NCBI GenBank assembly: GCA_004764695.1
Contig: SMSO01000025.1
Coordinates: 4,256,862 to 4,320,861 of the forward strand
Source of the DNA: Schizochytrium sp. TIO01
Taxonomy: Eukaryota; Protista; Bigyra: Labyrinthulomycetes
Length of the DNA: 64,000 nucleotides
Direction of reading: 5' to 3'
The notes below the pieces were generated by a model. It worked only from the letters and a program-made list of their open reading frames with translations, had not been told where the DNA came from and did no database searches. Shown piece after piece: positions 25,995-38,323 of the stretch. Each line of letters starts with the position of its first letter. The first letter of the stretch is position 1. The translations under genes and the position numbers were made by a program.

Positions 25995-26671
25995 GGTTGC
26001 ATGCAACAACTTGAAATCGCCTCTTGGTTTTGTATTTTCCTTCCACCAAGCGGTTTTGGCAAGTCACCTTCTCTTCTAGTCCCAGTGGTCTATTGTCCCA
26101 ATCTGACCATTACCCTGCCGCCTCAATCGCCCTGTGCCACTTGCTGCATTCGGGTCTCGAGTCCCAGACATTCATTATTCTCGATGGCCTGGGCTAGGGT
26201 ACTGTTTGACCGTTACGATGCTCCACTAAAGAGTGTGTACTGCAAGAGACACTAAATATGGTTATCTCTGACTCCGAGACGATCTCCCGTTTTCTCTCAA
26301 ACTCTCTCTTGCCAATTACCCGAAAGATTCCAGAACGAATGCTAATGAAGATTCTCAGCATAATCCCTCCTCGTGGTAGGCCTCGTTTGCCTCTATCCAG
26401 TCGATCACTACTGCTTGATTTCAGGGTCGAAGTGGTGTAAAACTGGGTAGTCGGTCCTTTTCATCTACAGTGTGTATTCAAGATTTATAAGTAAACAAGC
26501 AATGATCATAGTTCACTGAAGGAAACCACAAAGTCCTTAAGGCGGTCATTTCTTCCCCTGGGCGAAACCGCTTGGTCTGCACGCGTGCATTCATGGCATG
26601 TCTTTTGTAGCAGTTGGCCAGCCCTTTATCCCCGTCTTTCGCATCACGGTATAGTGTTTGTGAACTGGGCT

Positions 26672-26785
26672 GATCGATCGATTGATTCATTGATTGATTG
26701 ATTCATTCATTGATTGATTCATTGATTGATTCATTTCATTTCATTTCATTTCATTTCATTTCATTTCATTTCATTTCATTTCATT
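26672..26785. repeat. Compound (TTGA/TTCA)n and (CATTT)n microsatellite
   Basis: Directly visible. Confidence 0.93.
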
Positions 26786-27558
26786 TGCTACAATTTTCGA
26801 TCAGCACTTCTAGTAACCACCCTGACTCCTATGGTTATGACTATGAGGCACTCCACCTCTTGTATGAATAACCGCCCTTCTGCACTCCAAGCCGCTTCTG
26901 CAGCAGATGAGGTGCCTCGGACAACTCGAGGAGCTCGGAGAGGGACCTGAGAGCGTCCATACGTACTCTTGAGGCCTCCGTACCTCAGCCGAGCAGGTTG
27001 GAGCAGGCCTGTCTGTCTTCAGAAGCGCGTCTTGCTTTGAGGTTTCTCCGGCAGGAAGACGATTTTTATTTCTGGAGCCCAGCCTTCGGATTTTCGAACT
27101 TTGCGCGGAGTCTTGTAGGAGATGGAGTCGAGGACCTTTGGGAGACTAATGTATGTGATGATATGGTGAAAGGGATAGTTAGAGGTGGGTAACTAATACC
27201 AGAAATAGCCGCCGATCTTGAAGCCTATCGACAGTCGTCGAGACAAGAAATTGCAGCAAACTGCGAAGTACCGACTCTAGAGGCGCCGAGCTCGCCAGCG
27301 CAAGACAGCTCACGCACGGAAACTACGGGGGGAGACTTACAGGGCTGTCGAGAAGCTCAATTTTGACTCGCAGCCGCTAGCGCAGGCGTCGTCCAGCTGC
27401 GGAACCCGAGGTGCTCTTGCTCATTTGCTCATCTGCCTAATTCTGCACGAGGAGAAAGGAACAACTACATAGAAATAGAGAGCAACCAAGCATCTGCGCG
27501 ACGATAGTGACCAGGTTGGTCGTCAAGTTCGCGACTTTGCTGTAGCTCTTTCTTGAAA

Positions 27559-29466
27559 ATGAAGCGCGCGCTTACGTCAGAGATCATGATGGCTTTCAGC
27601 CCTTCACCTTTAGGCCGTCGTCCGTCCGGAACCCGGCCTGCGTCTCCTGCTTCTACAGTCTACAACTCACCTATCCAGAACGAGAAGCGACGCCGTGTGG
27701 TGTCTTATGATGGTCAAACTCAAGCAATTGATTCTCTTCTCTCTGGGACGGCCCCCACGAACGCCCCTGCTGTGTCCTGGGACTCTAAGGAGTTCTTCTC
27801 CATGCTCCGGGTGCCTGAAGCGAACCAAGCCAAGATCCAGCGCCACGTCGAGGCCCTTCGCGACAAACTTGCAATGAGTGGTATGACGCATGCAGAGCGC
27901 CGTCGCGTTGCTCAATCCGCTGTCAAAGCCATTTGGGCCATGACATCTACGATGGACAAGATCAAATCTCGCGAGAAGCAACCTGAAAAGGCAAACACTG
28001 CGCAGGCTGAGGTTGACCTCCAGGACGCCTCTTTGAAGCCAATGCAGTCTATCTCTCTGCACTCCAAGGTTTGCAAGGATTGCATTCAGGCTCTCACTAG
28101 TGTCCATGAGTGCCGCGAAGCCATTGCTGGCATGGTTCGGGACTGTGAAAACGAAGTGAACCTTCTCAAGGGCGATGCTGACAGGCTCATTGTTGTTGCC
28201 CGCGCCGAAGAAAAGGACCGTGAAAGCGCCCTTAATGACGCTGGCGAAGCACTTACTCGTCATGATTCCCGCATTGTTGAATTCATTAAGAAGACTAATC
28301 GCAACAGGCAAATCAACACCAGTAACTCGATCACGCTCTGCCTTGATGCAGTGCTTGATCCCACTCCTGAACTGGCACCAGTTCTTACTGAGCGCCGCAA
28401 GCTGCGGCAAGCCCTGAGTCAGGCAACTTCGTGCAGACAACACTCACAGAAGAGCGTCCGTGTCTATGAGCATCTCGTTAATGTGATTCTTACTGCTCGT
28501 GCATCTTTAATGGACGAAATTCGCAGTGCGCTGGAAGCCGCTGCAGCACATCGTAGCCATGTCTCGCGCGTGAGCATGCAGACCATTCTAAAGCAGATCC
28601 CATCATTGGCAAAAAGTCTCTCAGATTTTATCACTTTTCAGCACGAGCGAAACGAAGCTGCTGCTCGCAGTATGGTGAAAAAGCGCGAGGAGCTTGCAGA
28701 CCACCTTCGCTTGTATGGTGACGAGGCCCCCTCGGAACTCAAGGAGATCAAGCGCCGCATTGCAGAGTTTGAGGGTATCAAGGCTCGCTCCTCGGATAAC
28801 TTGAAGAAGATCGCTGAAGATCAGAAGCAGCTTTGGCTCCTTGGCCTTGCTCGGGCTCCGCAGGCCCCTCAGAAGTCGGATTCTGGTGATGAGCCTGCTC
28901 AGGAATCAGGTCCTCGCCAAGCGGTACTTCCTAGCTCAGTTATCATTCGCTTGCAACGCTGTCTTTTGGAGCTTGAAGAGACCCTTCGCAGCCAACAAGG
29001 TGTTGAAGACATTCTTAGCGCAGTGCGGGAGATCCTTGCTCAGTCCTATGAGTTCTGCCCGCGCCATGGCCCTGCTGCAGTAATTGAGGTGGATCAGAGT
29101 CCAGAAAAGATCGCACCCACAGAATCTGCTGCACCTGAGGCTACCCCGAGAACCAGGGGAGTCGCCATGGTGCATGTTCCCCATCAAGGTGGAACGCAGT
29201 ACCGTGGCGGTTCTGTGCCGCCTCTGTATCTTGAGAACATCCCTGACAGCCCGATGGCAGACATTCAGTCTCAAGACGTCTCGGCATCAACTTTCGAATT
29301 TGATACTGTGTCTCAGCAGACGAACTTTACGTCCCTGATGGCACAGTCCCAGTCTGAAGAGGCAAGAAGCTCCTTCCTTGATCAGGTTACCGTGGCAGCT
29401 GGTTTTGCTGATGAAGATGATGAGGAGCTGGAAGACTCGAGCAAGGGTGGATGTATCCTGCAGTAA
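27559..29466 (+). CDS. Hypothetical coiled-coil protein with C-terminal CaaX box (CILQ)
   Basis: 635-codon ORF with coding-like codon usage; helical centre; ends SKGGCILQ. Confidence 0.85.
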   Translation: MKRALTSEIMMAFSPSPLGRRPSGTRPASPASTVYNSPIQNEKRRRVVSYDGQTQAIDSLLSGTAPTNAPAVSWDSKEFFSMLRVPEANQAKIQRHVEALRDKLAMSGMTHAERRRVAQSAVKAIWAMTSTMDKIKSREKQPEKANTAQAEVDLQDASLKPMQSISLHSKVCKDCIQALTSVHECREAIAGMVRDCENEVNLLKGDADRLIVVARAEEKDRESALNDAGEALTRHDSRIVEFIKKTNRNRQINTSNSITLCLDAVLDPTPELAPVLTERRKLRQALSQATSCRQHSQKSVRVYEHLVNVILTARASLMDEIRSALEAAAAHRSHVSRVSMQTILKQIPSLAKSLSDFITFQHERNEAAARSMVKKREELADHLRLYGDEAPSELKEIKRRIAEFEGIKARSSDNLKKIAEDQKQLWLLGLARAPQAPQKSDSGDEPAQESGPRQAVLPSSVIIRLQRCLLELEETLRSQQGVEDILSAVREILAQSYEFCPRHGPAAVIEVDQSPEKIAPTESAAPEATPRTRGVAMVHVPHQGGTQYRGGSVPPLYLENIPDSPMADIQSQDVSASTFEFDTVSQQTNFTSLMAQSQSEEARSSFLDQVTVAAGFADEDDEELEDSSKGGCILQ

Positions 29467-32400
29467 TTCGTAATATGAACCATGATTTGATGAGATGTTT
29501 ATGTGTTTCTATGCTTTGTTAAATTTCTTGCAAGCACCGTTGAAATGAGAAGATGTTGCTGCTATCTTTATGTAGTGTAGTTGAAAGGGTTCAGAAATGG
29601 ACTCTATATTAAAAAAGGTACTTGTTGCAAGCACGTGGCACCTGTTAGTGCCGATTTCAACGTCTTAATTACTGTGGAAAATTACACCTACTTGGATGCA
29701 AATGAGAACTGGCCAACACCTTATAAATATATTCAGATTTCCTCCTCATAACAGTCGAATTTGTCTTGCATACAGATGGGAATCCTAGACCATATTTTGA
29801 CACTTTGTGCGAAGACAGGAATCCATTCCAACACCTGTAGGCATTGATAGGGCTACTCTTGACATGTGGTCCGTTTTCATAGCTTCTGATTGACGATCTG
29901 CATCACTTTTATGAGTAAGTAAATGGAGACCAAACGCAGGATCCGTAAAGATATAGGGATGTTCAAACTTGAACATTCGAATGTAGAGAGAATAGGAACT
30001 AGGTACCTAGTTTCTCAGCTCTCAAGCGAAGATTCCTTATGTCGGAATCTCAATTTTCTCTATCGTAGCAGATAGAGGTTTCTAGGACTGTGCATCCTGG
30101 GCGAAATTGCCACGAGCAGCACTAGAGAAGAATCACGCCTCTATTGTTACATGAAGTTACAGCCATTTGCCACTAAGACTTCACAATGCCTGCCCTCACT
30201 AACAAAAGCAACTCCTATCAAAGGGTTTTACTTTGGTTCTAAATACATCATATCATTAATTCTTTTGAAGTTTAGTTTTTAAGGTAAAAATATTAAAAAT
30301 TAAAATAAAAGGTTTTAAATTTTTATTTTTTTTTTTAATTAAAAAAGAGAAGCATCATTTATAGCTTTAATAATGATAATAATAATAAAATATCAAGAGA
30401 TAGAGAAGGCGGTAATGTTGTAACTATGATCAAATTCTGGTATTGAGAGCTCATTGTAACCATGCACTATTCCATGCACAGAATCCAATCTCACTGGTAC
30501 TGTCTATAGGTGAGTAGGTGCCTAGCGTTGTAGAACTATGTTGCAACCTTGAAATGAAAAGCTGCAACATCGAAGGTAGAATGATCCGAAGTTGAAGGGT
30601 CGAGTGCTACAACTCGAAATGTAGCATGTAGTAGCTCTGCTGCTGCCGCAAGCTAGCATGTACCTAAGTAAGTAGGCAGGTAGGTACCTAGTACTAGATT
30701 CGAGATCAATTGGAGCTCGATAGTCCCAGTCGCAATTGCGTGTTCGGAAGCGCGGCGCGTGGCAATCGAGCGAAACTCCACAGCCAACCACTGACGGCCA
30801 CTATAAGTACTGATCTATTCATAGTTGTCAGCGAGTTTTAATAAACTCAAGGAAAAGGATAGGCATCGCCTTCATTGAGCTTGCTTTCTTGGTATCTTTC
30901 CCTCCTTCAGGTTCGGTACCTACAACTAGCGAGTATCAGGCTGAGGCTCGTTCCTCTGTGGATCTCCGAGTTCTACGCTTTGTCCACGAAAGCCTTCCGA
31001 ACATTGCAGTCGACTTTAAGACTCGAAGTTGTTCAAGTTTAAGTTGGAGCCCAACTTCAGAAACTCGAGAGTCAGAAGCTAATTCTCAGAACAGAACTTG
31101 GAGATATCGAGGCTACAAGGGGCCTACAGAGCAACCATCCTGCGAGTCGCAGACTAGGTGGGACCCTCACTGCAATCTGCAGTGCTGCACGCTGCAGTGT
31201 AGCCGTAGCCTCAGCAACGACTTTCGAGGAGCGAGGCTTCGCCAAGTAATCAAACACTGACTTCGGTTGGCCAGTTTAACTGATCTGGTCTGGTCTGAGC
31301 AGTCAGCAGATGCAGACTGATGTTGCCCACCCCAGAACTCAGGCTGTAGTGCTCATCCACGATCCTTGCCGCAGTCTGCAGCACCCTGATATCTAGCGTC
31401 TTTCAGCTCGTGAGCCCGTCGGTGCAGTTGCGATGGCACCTAGCAGTTGCCTGCCCGAGCCAGAGCGACTTGAAGAGGGTTTCATTTTCGAGTAAGTAAA
31501 CCTTGCGTCCTCGGCAAGCCGTCCTGGGCCGGGTCGAAGATCAATCCGCCTCTCGGAGTCTGCAGCACTCCAAATGATTGGCCAGGCAGCTCGACTTGAA
31601 AGCCCTCAAGAAACAACTAGCTAGAGGTCGGGCAAGTTTTCAAGTTCAAGCTGGCCTGCCGGGCAAGAAGGTACTTCGAGTCTCGCTCACTTCAACCTGG
31701 AGTGGCTCGGAAAATGGGCATCAGAGATAACTTTGGAGCAGAAAGACCTGCCTACCTACTGCTCCCTTCGAGTGTGGGTTCTGCGCAAACTGCTTCTGAA
31801 TAAGTTCGCCATGGAAGCCCTCGTTCGACTTGAGCAGCCTGAGCTCGATCGTGGACTGTTGGCACGATTGACTTGACAAGCACATGGATTGCACAAAGAT
31901 ATTATTGTTTACTAGCACACTCATTCACTCACTCACTCTCGCTCGCAAATCTGTCACGGTACAACTGCTACGTACTACTTGAAGAACTCAACACGTCTTG
32001 AGTTGGCTCGGTCTTTGGCGATCCGTGGTGGCGGTGGTTTTGAGCAAAAGCATGCAAACTTGAACTCGAACATAAAAACTTTGATTAGTCCCTAGATCAT
32101 CTTTTCGGCAGGCACGTGCTGTGACACAAGCACATGCAAGACAAGACGAGTAGTTAGAAAATGATAGATTATTTCTGTTTCGTGAAAGCGAACTTGCTCT
32201 CCGCAGGCCGCCGCAAAGGCCCAGACTCGTGGAAGAAAGGAGGCGTGGGGTAGTGGTGACCCTGCTCCCGGGCCCGAAGGCGGACTTGAGCTTGTCAAAG
32301 TTCGAATCCTTCACGTTTCCTTCTCATCGGAATTTCTTCCGCAACGCACGTGCCAAAAGGAAGAAACAGCTCTTTTCATAATTCTTTATTCTATTCACTT

Positions 32401-33202
32401 TACACCTACTCAAAAAAAAATATTTATATGATTATATTGAAAACTTGACTTTGGAAGGACTTTTGCTCTCTCACTCTAACTTCATCCATAGCATCGCAGT
32501 GAGCGCAAGAACAAGCAAATGTAAAGGAGCTGAAGTGAGGCAATTGACAGCCATTCGGGGGCAGCTTCCAATATCCGTCTTTGCAAAAGAAAGTTTGGAC
32601 GAATCTATTCAATTGCTGTAAGTTACAGGTAGGTAGGCAGGCACCTGCACCTCTTGATGTCGCGTATGGAGTCCTTGACGGACAAGCGTCTCCAAGCAGC
32701 CGGCTTTCGCCAGCGAGCAGCCACGAGCTGTATCCGGCGTCCATCGCCCTCGTGGAGATCGCTGCCACGACTCTGGAGTCTTCTCAAGGAATGGCCGTCC
32801 ACATTGGCTGCAACCACCACCACCCTGGCAAAACAACCTTCAAGTTGTTGAAAGTCTGCGCCATCAGGCACTCAATTAATCGATCAATCGATCAAACCGG
32901 CTCAGCGCGACATCGAAACTGAGGTTCGTCGTCAACTTGTTCAAGTTGCGTGCAGCCTGAAGTCGAACCTCACATCGAAGTGAATTGATTATCCTCGCTG
33001 AGCAATCGTCAATCGCTCGCTCTTGAGCGGGCAGCGCTTGCGTTCTCTTCAGAAGTCACGATGGCCACGGATGGAGGCGACCGCCATCGACTTCGCCAAT
33101 GATTCTGTGCACGCACGAAGTTGTTGTGGTGGTGGTCTTGGTGAAAGACGGCTCTGCGTGCACCAGAAGAGACCGGTGCGGGGCCAAGGTGGGCGGGCGA
33201 GC

Positions 33203-33236
33203 GAGTGAGTGATTGGGTGAGTGAGTGAGTGAGTGA
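33203..33236. repeat. (GAGT)n microsatellite, imperfect
   Basis: Directly visible. Confidence 0.85.
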
Positions 33237-33671
33237 TTGAGCACGTGGGCCACGAGGAAGTTGAAGCACCGCGCGTCCAACTTGAAGGCGACGGTGGTGG
33301 AAACTCGGAAGACCAGCTGGAGCTCGGTTCACGGACACAAGTTACTTGCTAAGCAGCGATGCTGTAAGAAGTCGAGCAGAGCTCGAGGTCCGTCCACACG
33401 GAGGAGGTGCTGTGCGGTGCTGGTGCGGACAAAGTCGAGGCCGGCTGGCCGTGCAGAGGAAGGGCTTGGAGCCCGAGGGCTTTGGCAGACTCGAAGTCGG
33501 TGAGGGCTGATTCGATTCGGGGCGTTTTGGGGCCAATGTCGAGAGCCACGCTGACTTGAGGTTTGCAGGAAGGACAGCACAACTTGTTGGCGATCGATCC
33601 TCACGCTCTCTACGACGAAACAAACTGTGGAAGAATCTCCATCGCCGTGCACTACGTGCTCGAAGCTCCAG

Positions 33672-33706
33672 AGTCAGTCAGTCAGTCAGTCAGTCAGTCA
33701 GTCAGT
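33672..33706. repeat. (CAGT)n microsatellite
   Basis: Directly visible. Confidence 0.9.
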
Positions 33707-34937
33707 CCCCAACCGCTGCTGCCGCTACCGCGTCCTCCAGGTCTTCAGCGAGCCCAGACTTTGCGAACCTTGAAGCCTCAATTCTCGTTGAATTCCGAGG
33801 CGAGAATTAGTAGGATTTTCCACTTTCACGTGAAAACGTTCACGTGAAAGGAACGGCACTTGCAAACAACTTTTTTTAATCTTTCAATTAATTCTATTTG
33901 CTTAAACAATTAAAATAAAATAAAATAAAATAAATAAATAGATAAATAACAAAAACTAACTCTGAAGAACACTCGGATAGAAAGGAAGAAAGCACTTGCA
34001 GGAAGATTATTTTTAATTATTTTTTAAAAAGGGTGTGCGAGTTTAGTCTATGTGAGGATAATGGGCCGCTACAGGAGGCACTTGTGAGGTGACTCTGGAG
34101 GAAAAGTCGCGAGGCCAACACTTGAAGAACTTGGGCTGCCTGGACAGATGCTCTGCACTCACTCGTGCACATCAGGTTTGCAACTGCTCTGCCAGCTATT
34201 TTGGAGGAACTTGGCACCTTCTGAGCACGCCGTAGCTGCTCGCTCAGGCAGAATATGGGGCCTAGTCGACGAGGCCTGGCTCTTCCTTCTGGCAGGCCCT
34301 TTTCTTCGTTCGGACCTAGGGTATTAAAGGTCTTTTTCTGCCCGCGCTTCGCGCACACGTTTTTAATGCACTTTAAATCATTATATACCGCGCAGCTCGC
34401 TCCGCGACAATGCGCATACTACACCCTCAGGCTGAGCCCACTTAGTTTCCCCGAAACCCCGCAGCGCTGCACCGTATGCGGGTAACTTGATGGTAGAGAA
34501 CGAAGCGGAACAATATCGGGAGATCATGAGTATTTTCCGAAAAGCCGAGAGCGAAAAGGCACGTGCGTACGACAGCAGAACTCTTTCACTGATTGACAAA
34601 GAATCACTCTGAAGCCGCCTGCTTGCTTGATCGCTTACCTAGAAAGGCAGGAAAGGCTAAAAGATCGAGACAAGCTTGCCTCTTAGACCTGGTCGTTTTG
34701 AAATCTTCACCAGTACCTACTAGACGGGAAGGCCTTGGCTCTCTCTGCTGAGCCAGCTAGATAAAAATCTTTTACAAACGTGCTTGCTATCTTTATAAGG
34801 GCGTACCTTCTTCTCTTCTTCGCCTGATACAAATATAAGAGCGGAGGGCAACAAATCCGATTGACCACAGGGTTGGCCTGAGCAAGTTTGCAATTCCTGA
34901 ACGTAGACTTGGACGAAAGGAAAAGGAGAAGCTTGAA

Positions 34938-35324
34938 ATGGCACCTTCAATCATGAAACTTACATCTCGTTCGGTGGAGATCGATGAGGCCCTGTCGAGG
35001 AATCAAAACATCGGGGCGTCCGCTCACCAGATCTACACGCCTCACGAAAAGGACGAAGAGCTGAGACTGCCCGGGCTCGAGAAAGGATCGCCTTCTTCGA
35101 TGCGGAAACTGAAGCGTGGGCCCTTTCGCAAGCGCCGTGGAACTCCTGTACCAGTAGATCTGAGTGAACTGAGAAGCCAACTTAACACCAGACCTGCAGC
35201 TCCGATGCGCCGCGCTGGCCCCAAAGCTCTAAACCTCCCTTCTGTCATGGAAAATGATAACTTTGTATCCCAACAACTTGTTGAGTCTGACGGATATACT
35301 GACGACGAAGACGAGTCTCTCTAA
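34938..35324 (+). CDS. Small hypothetical disordered protein (128 aa)
   Basis: ATG-initiated ORF with protein-like hydrophilic composition, basic middle and acidic tail; no recognised domain. Confidence 0.5.
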   Translation: MAPSIMKLTSRSVEIDEALSRNQNIGASAHQIYTPHEKDEELRLPGLEKGSPSSMRKLKRGPFRKRRGTPVPVDLSELRSQLNTRPAAPMRRAGPKALNLPSVMENDNFVSQQLVESDGYTDDEDESL

Positions 35325-36630
35325 TAAGCAAAGCAGCTTGTTACTCAAGCGTTTTTCCAAACTATTTCCGAGCTACAACGGAACTCAGAAATCAAAGTAA
35401 CATTTGCACGCCCGTTAACCATGCACCAAAAATAACGCACAACAAACACATGTACAGTCTGCCGTGCCTCTCACCGACTATATTATATTCTTTCTGGCAA
35501 TGGCCTTCATCTAAACCTACGCCTCGTTACTCTCCACACGTCTGTCGTTTGGATTTTGTCGCTATTTCCTCACAATTCTATCCGTCAACAAACTAACTGC
35601 GCCTTGCCTTTGTCGTGTCACAATGACTCTGGCCTTTATAAAGGGCTGCAAGTATATGTAGATAGATGACAAACTCTTGGTATGGCAAAAGTATATCTCC
35701 TTCCCTACTCTAAACCCATCTCAAAGGAAAAAACAAAACAAAAAAACAAGCAAGTCATCTTGTTTATCACGCTGCCGCACTACACGTCCGTGAACAGACC
35801 TCTATAGCCCCCCTGTGTGTTGCGCACTTTGAAAACAAGATGTGCACCTTTAAACGTGAACTATAAACCCTCAAAACCTTGTAAGTATGAAGTAAAAGAA
35901 CAAAGTTACATATTCAAATATGAATAATCTTTCTCCAAATCTCTAATCAATTGTTTAGAGACTTTGAGTGATTAAATGCGTTGTTTTGGAATTGTATCAT
36001 GAAGAAAACATCTTCAATGGTCAGATCTCTTTGCCAACAAACTTTTGCGTTAGTTGAGAACTTTGCAAAAACAAACAAACTTAATGTTAACTATTGCATA
36101 TATTTCAATGAAACCAGAGAATTGACAACGTTAGCAAGTCTTCTGTGTACGCTCTATGAAAGAAACATATTACGTAAGCCACCAGATCATAATTAATTAT
36201 CTCCAAGTAAGACACAAAATATGGAGCAAAAAGACTAGACGATATCTGCTATTATTTGAGTATGCATGGCTGATTCACTTTAAATAATGGTAAAATCACA
36301 TTTGCTTGACTATCTCGTTTGACGTTTTAATTAAGGGCCTCTTGTGTAGGTTCTATGGGAGGAAACTGCTCTGTAAATCAAATAATCAATTTAAAAGTGA
36401 TCAAGGAAGAAACAAACATGAAGTCACTGCACCGAAAAGACTACCAGATGAAATGTACCTATTTGATTGTGGGTGGGCCTTTTCTTTCGTAAAAAAGTGA
36501 GGCAATTCTTGCTGAAATAACTCAGTATAAAAGCGATCATCTTGGCACCAAGGGTTCAACTAAACATTGGTACCTAATTTGGTATACGAAACTATGCTGC
36601 AGAAAATTGTGTAATAATTTATCAATTAAT

Positions 36631-38323
36631 TCACGAGCGCTCAGCGTACAAGGCCTCGACGGCGTCGGCAATGCGGTTGCCCATCTCGGCAGTGCCAATG
36701 GCCCGGGAGGCATCCTCGCCATGGCTGAGGAGGTCACGAGTGCGGGAGCCGCCGTTAAGAACAAAGTCGACAGCGGAGTCAACAAGAGCAGCTTCCTCGT
36801 GCATTTCAAAGGAGTAACGGAGCATCATGGAGCCAGAGAGAATCTGGGCGATCGGGTTGGCCACGTCAAGGCCCTCAAGGTCCGGAGCACTGCCGCCAGC
36901 AGGCTCAAACATGTGAAGGGAGCCACTGCTGAGACTGGCAGAGGGCATGAGACCGAGGGTACCCGGGAGTACGCTGGCAGCGTCACTGAGGATGTCACCA
37001 AAGAGGTTGGCGGTCACCACAACGTCAAACTCACTCGGATTGACAATGAGCTTCATGGCAGCGTTATCGATGTACATGAACTCCGTCTCAACGTCAGGGT
37101 ACTCCGGCTTCATCTCGTTGGCGATGCGGCGCCAGAGACGGCTGCAGTCAAGAACGTTGGCCTTGTCCACCACAGTGACCTTCTTGTTGCGCTGCATAGC
37201 GGTCTCAAAGGCAAACTTGAGCGGGAGGCGAATCTGGTCAGCAGTGTAGTGCATCATGTCGAAAGCCTCATCGCCCTCGGTGCGGTGCTCACCAAAGTAC
37301 ACGTCACCAAGGAGTTCACGGATAATAACCATATCAATCTGGCCACGCTCGATGATCTCAGGCTTGAGCGGGCAGAGGCTGGCAAGGTTAGCGTAGATCT
37401 TGGCCGGGCGGATGTTTACACCGAAGCCGAAGTCCTTACGAAGACCGAGGATGGCGTTCTTCTCAGCATCCTTCCACTTGGGCTCGTTGGCGTGCGCGAC
37501 AGGGCCGCCAACAGAGCCAAAGAGAACGGCGTCGGAGGTCTGGCAGATCTTGCGGGTCTCCTCAGGGAAGTGGCTTTGGTGGTCGTCCCAGGCAGCGCCA
37601 CCAATCAAGCCCTCCTTAAACTCGAACTCGTGGCCAAAGCAGCTGCCAACACGTTGCTGCATTCACACCAAAAGGAAATACAAATTTGGTGAAGCCCAGG
37701 TTCGTCCGAGACAAGAGAATATCACCATTGTTATTCGCCGTCGCCGCGAGTTCCACGACACAATATATCAGAATCATCAGTCCCCATTAGTGTTAGTCGA
37801 CAAATGTCCCAATTCTCATTACTTGTTGCTTCTCCCAATGCTTCACCCTTTTCCTGCTGCTCTCCCTACCGGTTCTGGCGGTAATCGTTGAGAAATGGCT
37901 GAGCTATTCGCAAATTAGCTTCAGAGAACTAAATCTTGGGCACCATCTGTATCCACCAAGAGCAATTCTCGCATCTGGCACAAAGTCAACCACAACAGAA
38001 CATAGCTACAAAAACCATGTCATCCTTTTCACCAATCAAAGGGTAATAGGGAACGTCGATCCCTACACCCTCACGAACACCTCTATTCGTCTTCTCTCCC
38101 TCAGCACTACCCATCGAGTGCAGAGTTTCGCACGTCTCGACTCGACGAAAAGTATCGCTTTCCAGACACAAAAGAGAATAGAAGGCGCAGTACATTCAAT
38201 CCAAGTTTCTCATGTTTTGCATGGCAAGCTTCATGCAGTGTTACTTACCAGGACCTTCTTCGCCTCGCGGCACACCTCAGGGCCAATGCCGTCACCGGGG
38301 AGCAGAGCAATCGTGCGCTTCAT
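36631..38323 (-). CDS. leuB: 3-isopropylmalate dehydrogenase; exons 38323-38249 and 37656-36631
   Basis: Exon 1 [17 protein letters not shown] (missed by the ORF track) ends at a GTAAGT donor; in-frame CAG acceptor; [34 protein letters not shown]. Confidence 0.96.
37657..38248 (-). other. 592-nt phase-0 spliceosomal intron of leuB
   Basis: GTAAGT...TGCAG; splicing restores a continuous LeuB frame. Confidence 0.9.

Larger units (their letters stand above)
29640..34500 (+). pseudogene. Long tract of eroded ankyrin-repeat coding relics
   Basis: GISIFSIVADRGF*DC (30044), ESLPNIAVDFK/LEVVQV (30988), LIHDPCR...DI*RL (31352), QGMAVHIGC (32785), WSSVHGHKLLAK (33318), GQMLCTHSCTSGLQLLCQLF (34142). 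Confidence 0.55.

Noticed and set aside
27667-28443. 258-aa minus-strand ORF
   Set aside because: Antisense to the longer CaaX-protein CDS
32270-32315. GTTCGAATCC tRNA T-loop/B-box-like motif
   Set aside because: No cloverleaf or acceptor stem could be built
36607-37692. 361-aa + strand ORF
   Set aside because: Antisense shadow of leuB exon 2
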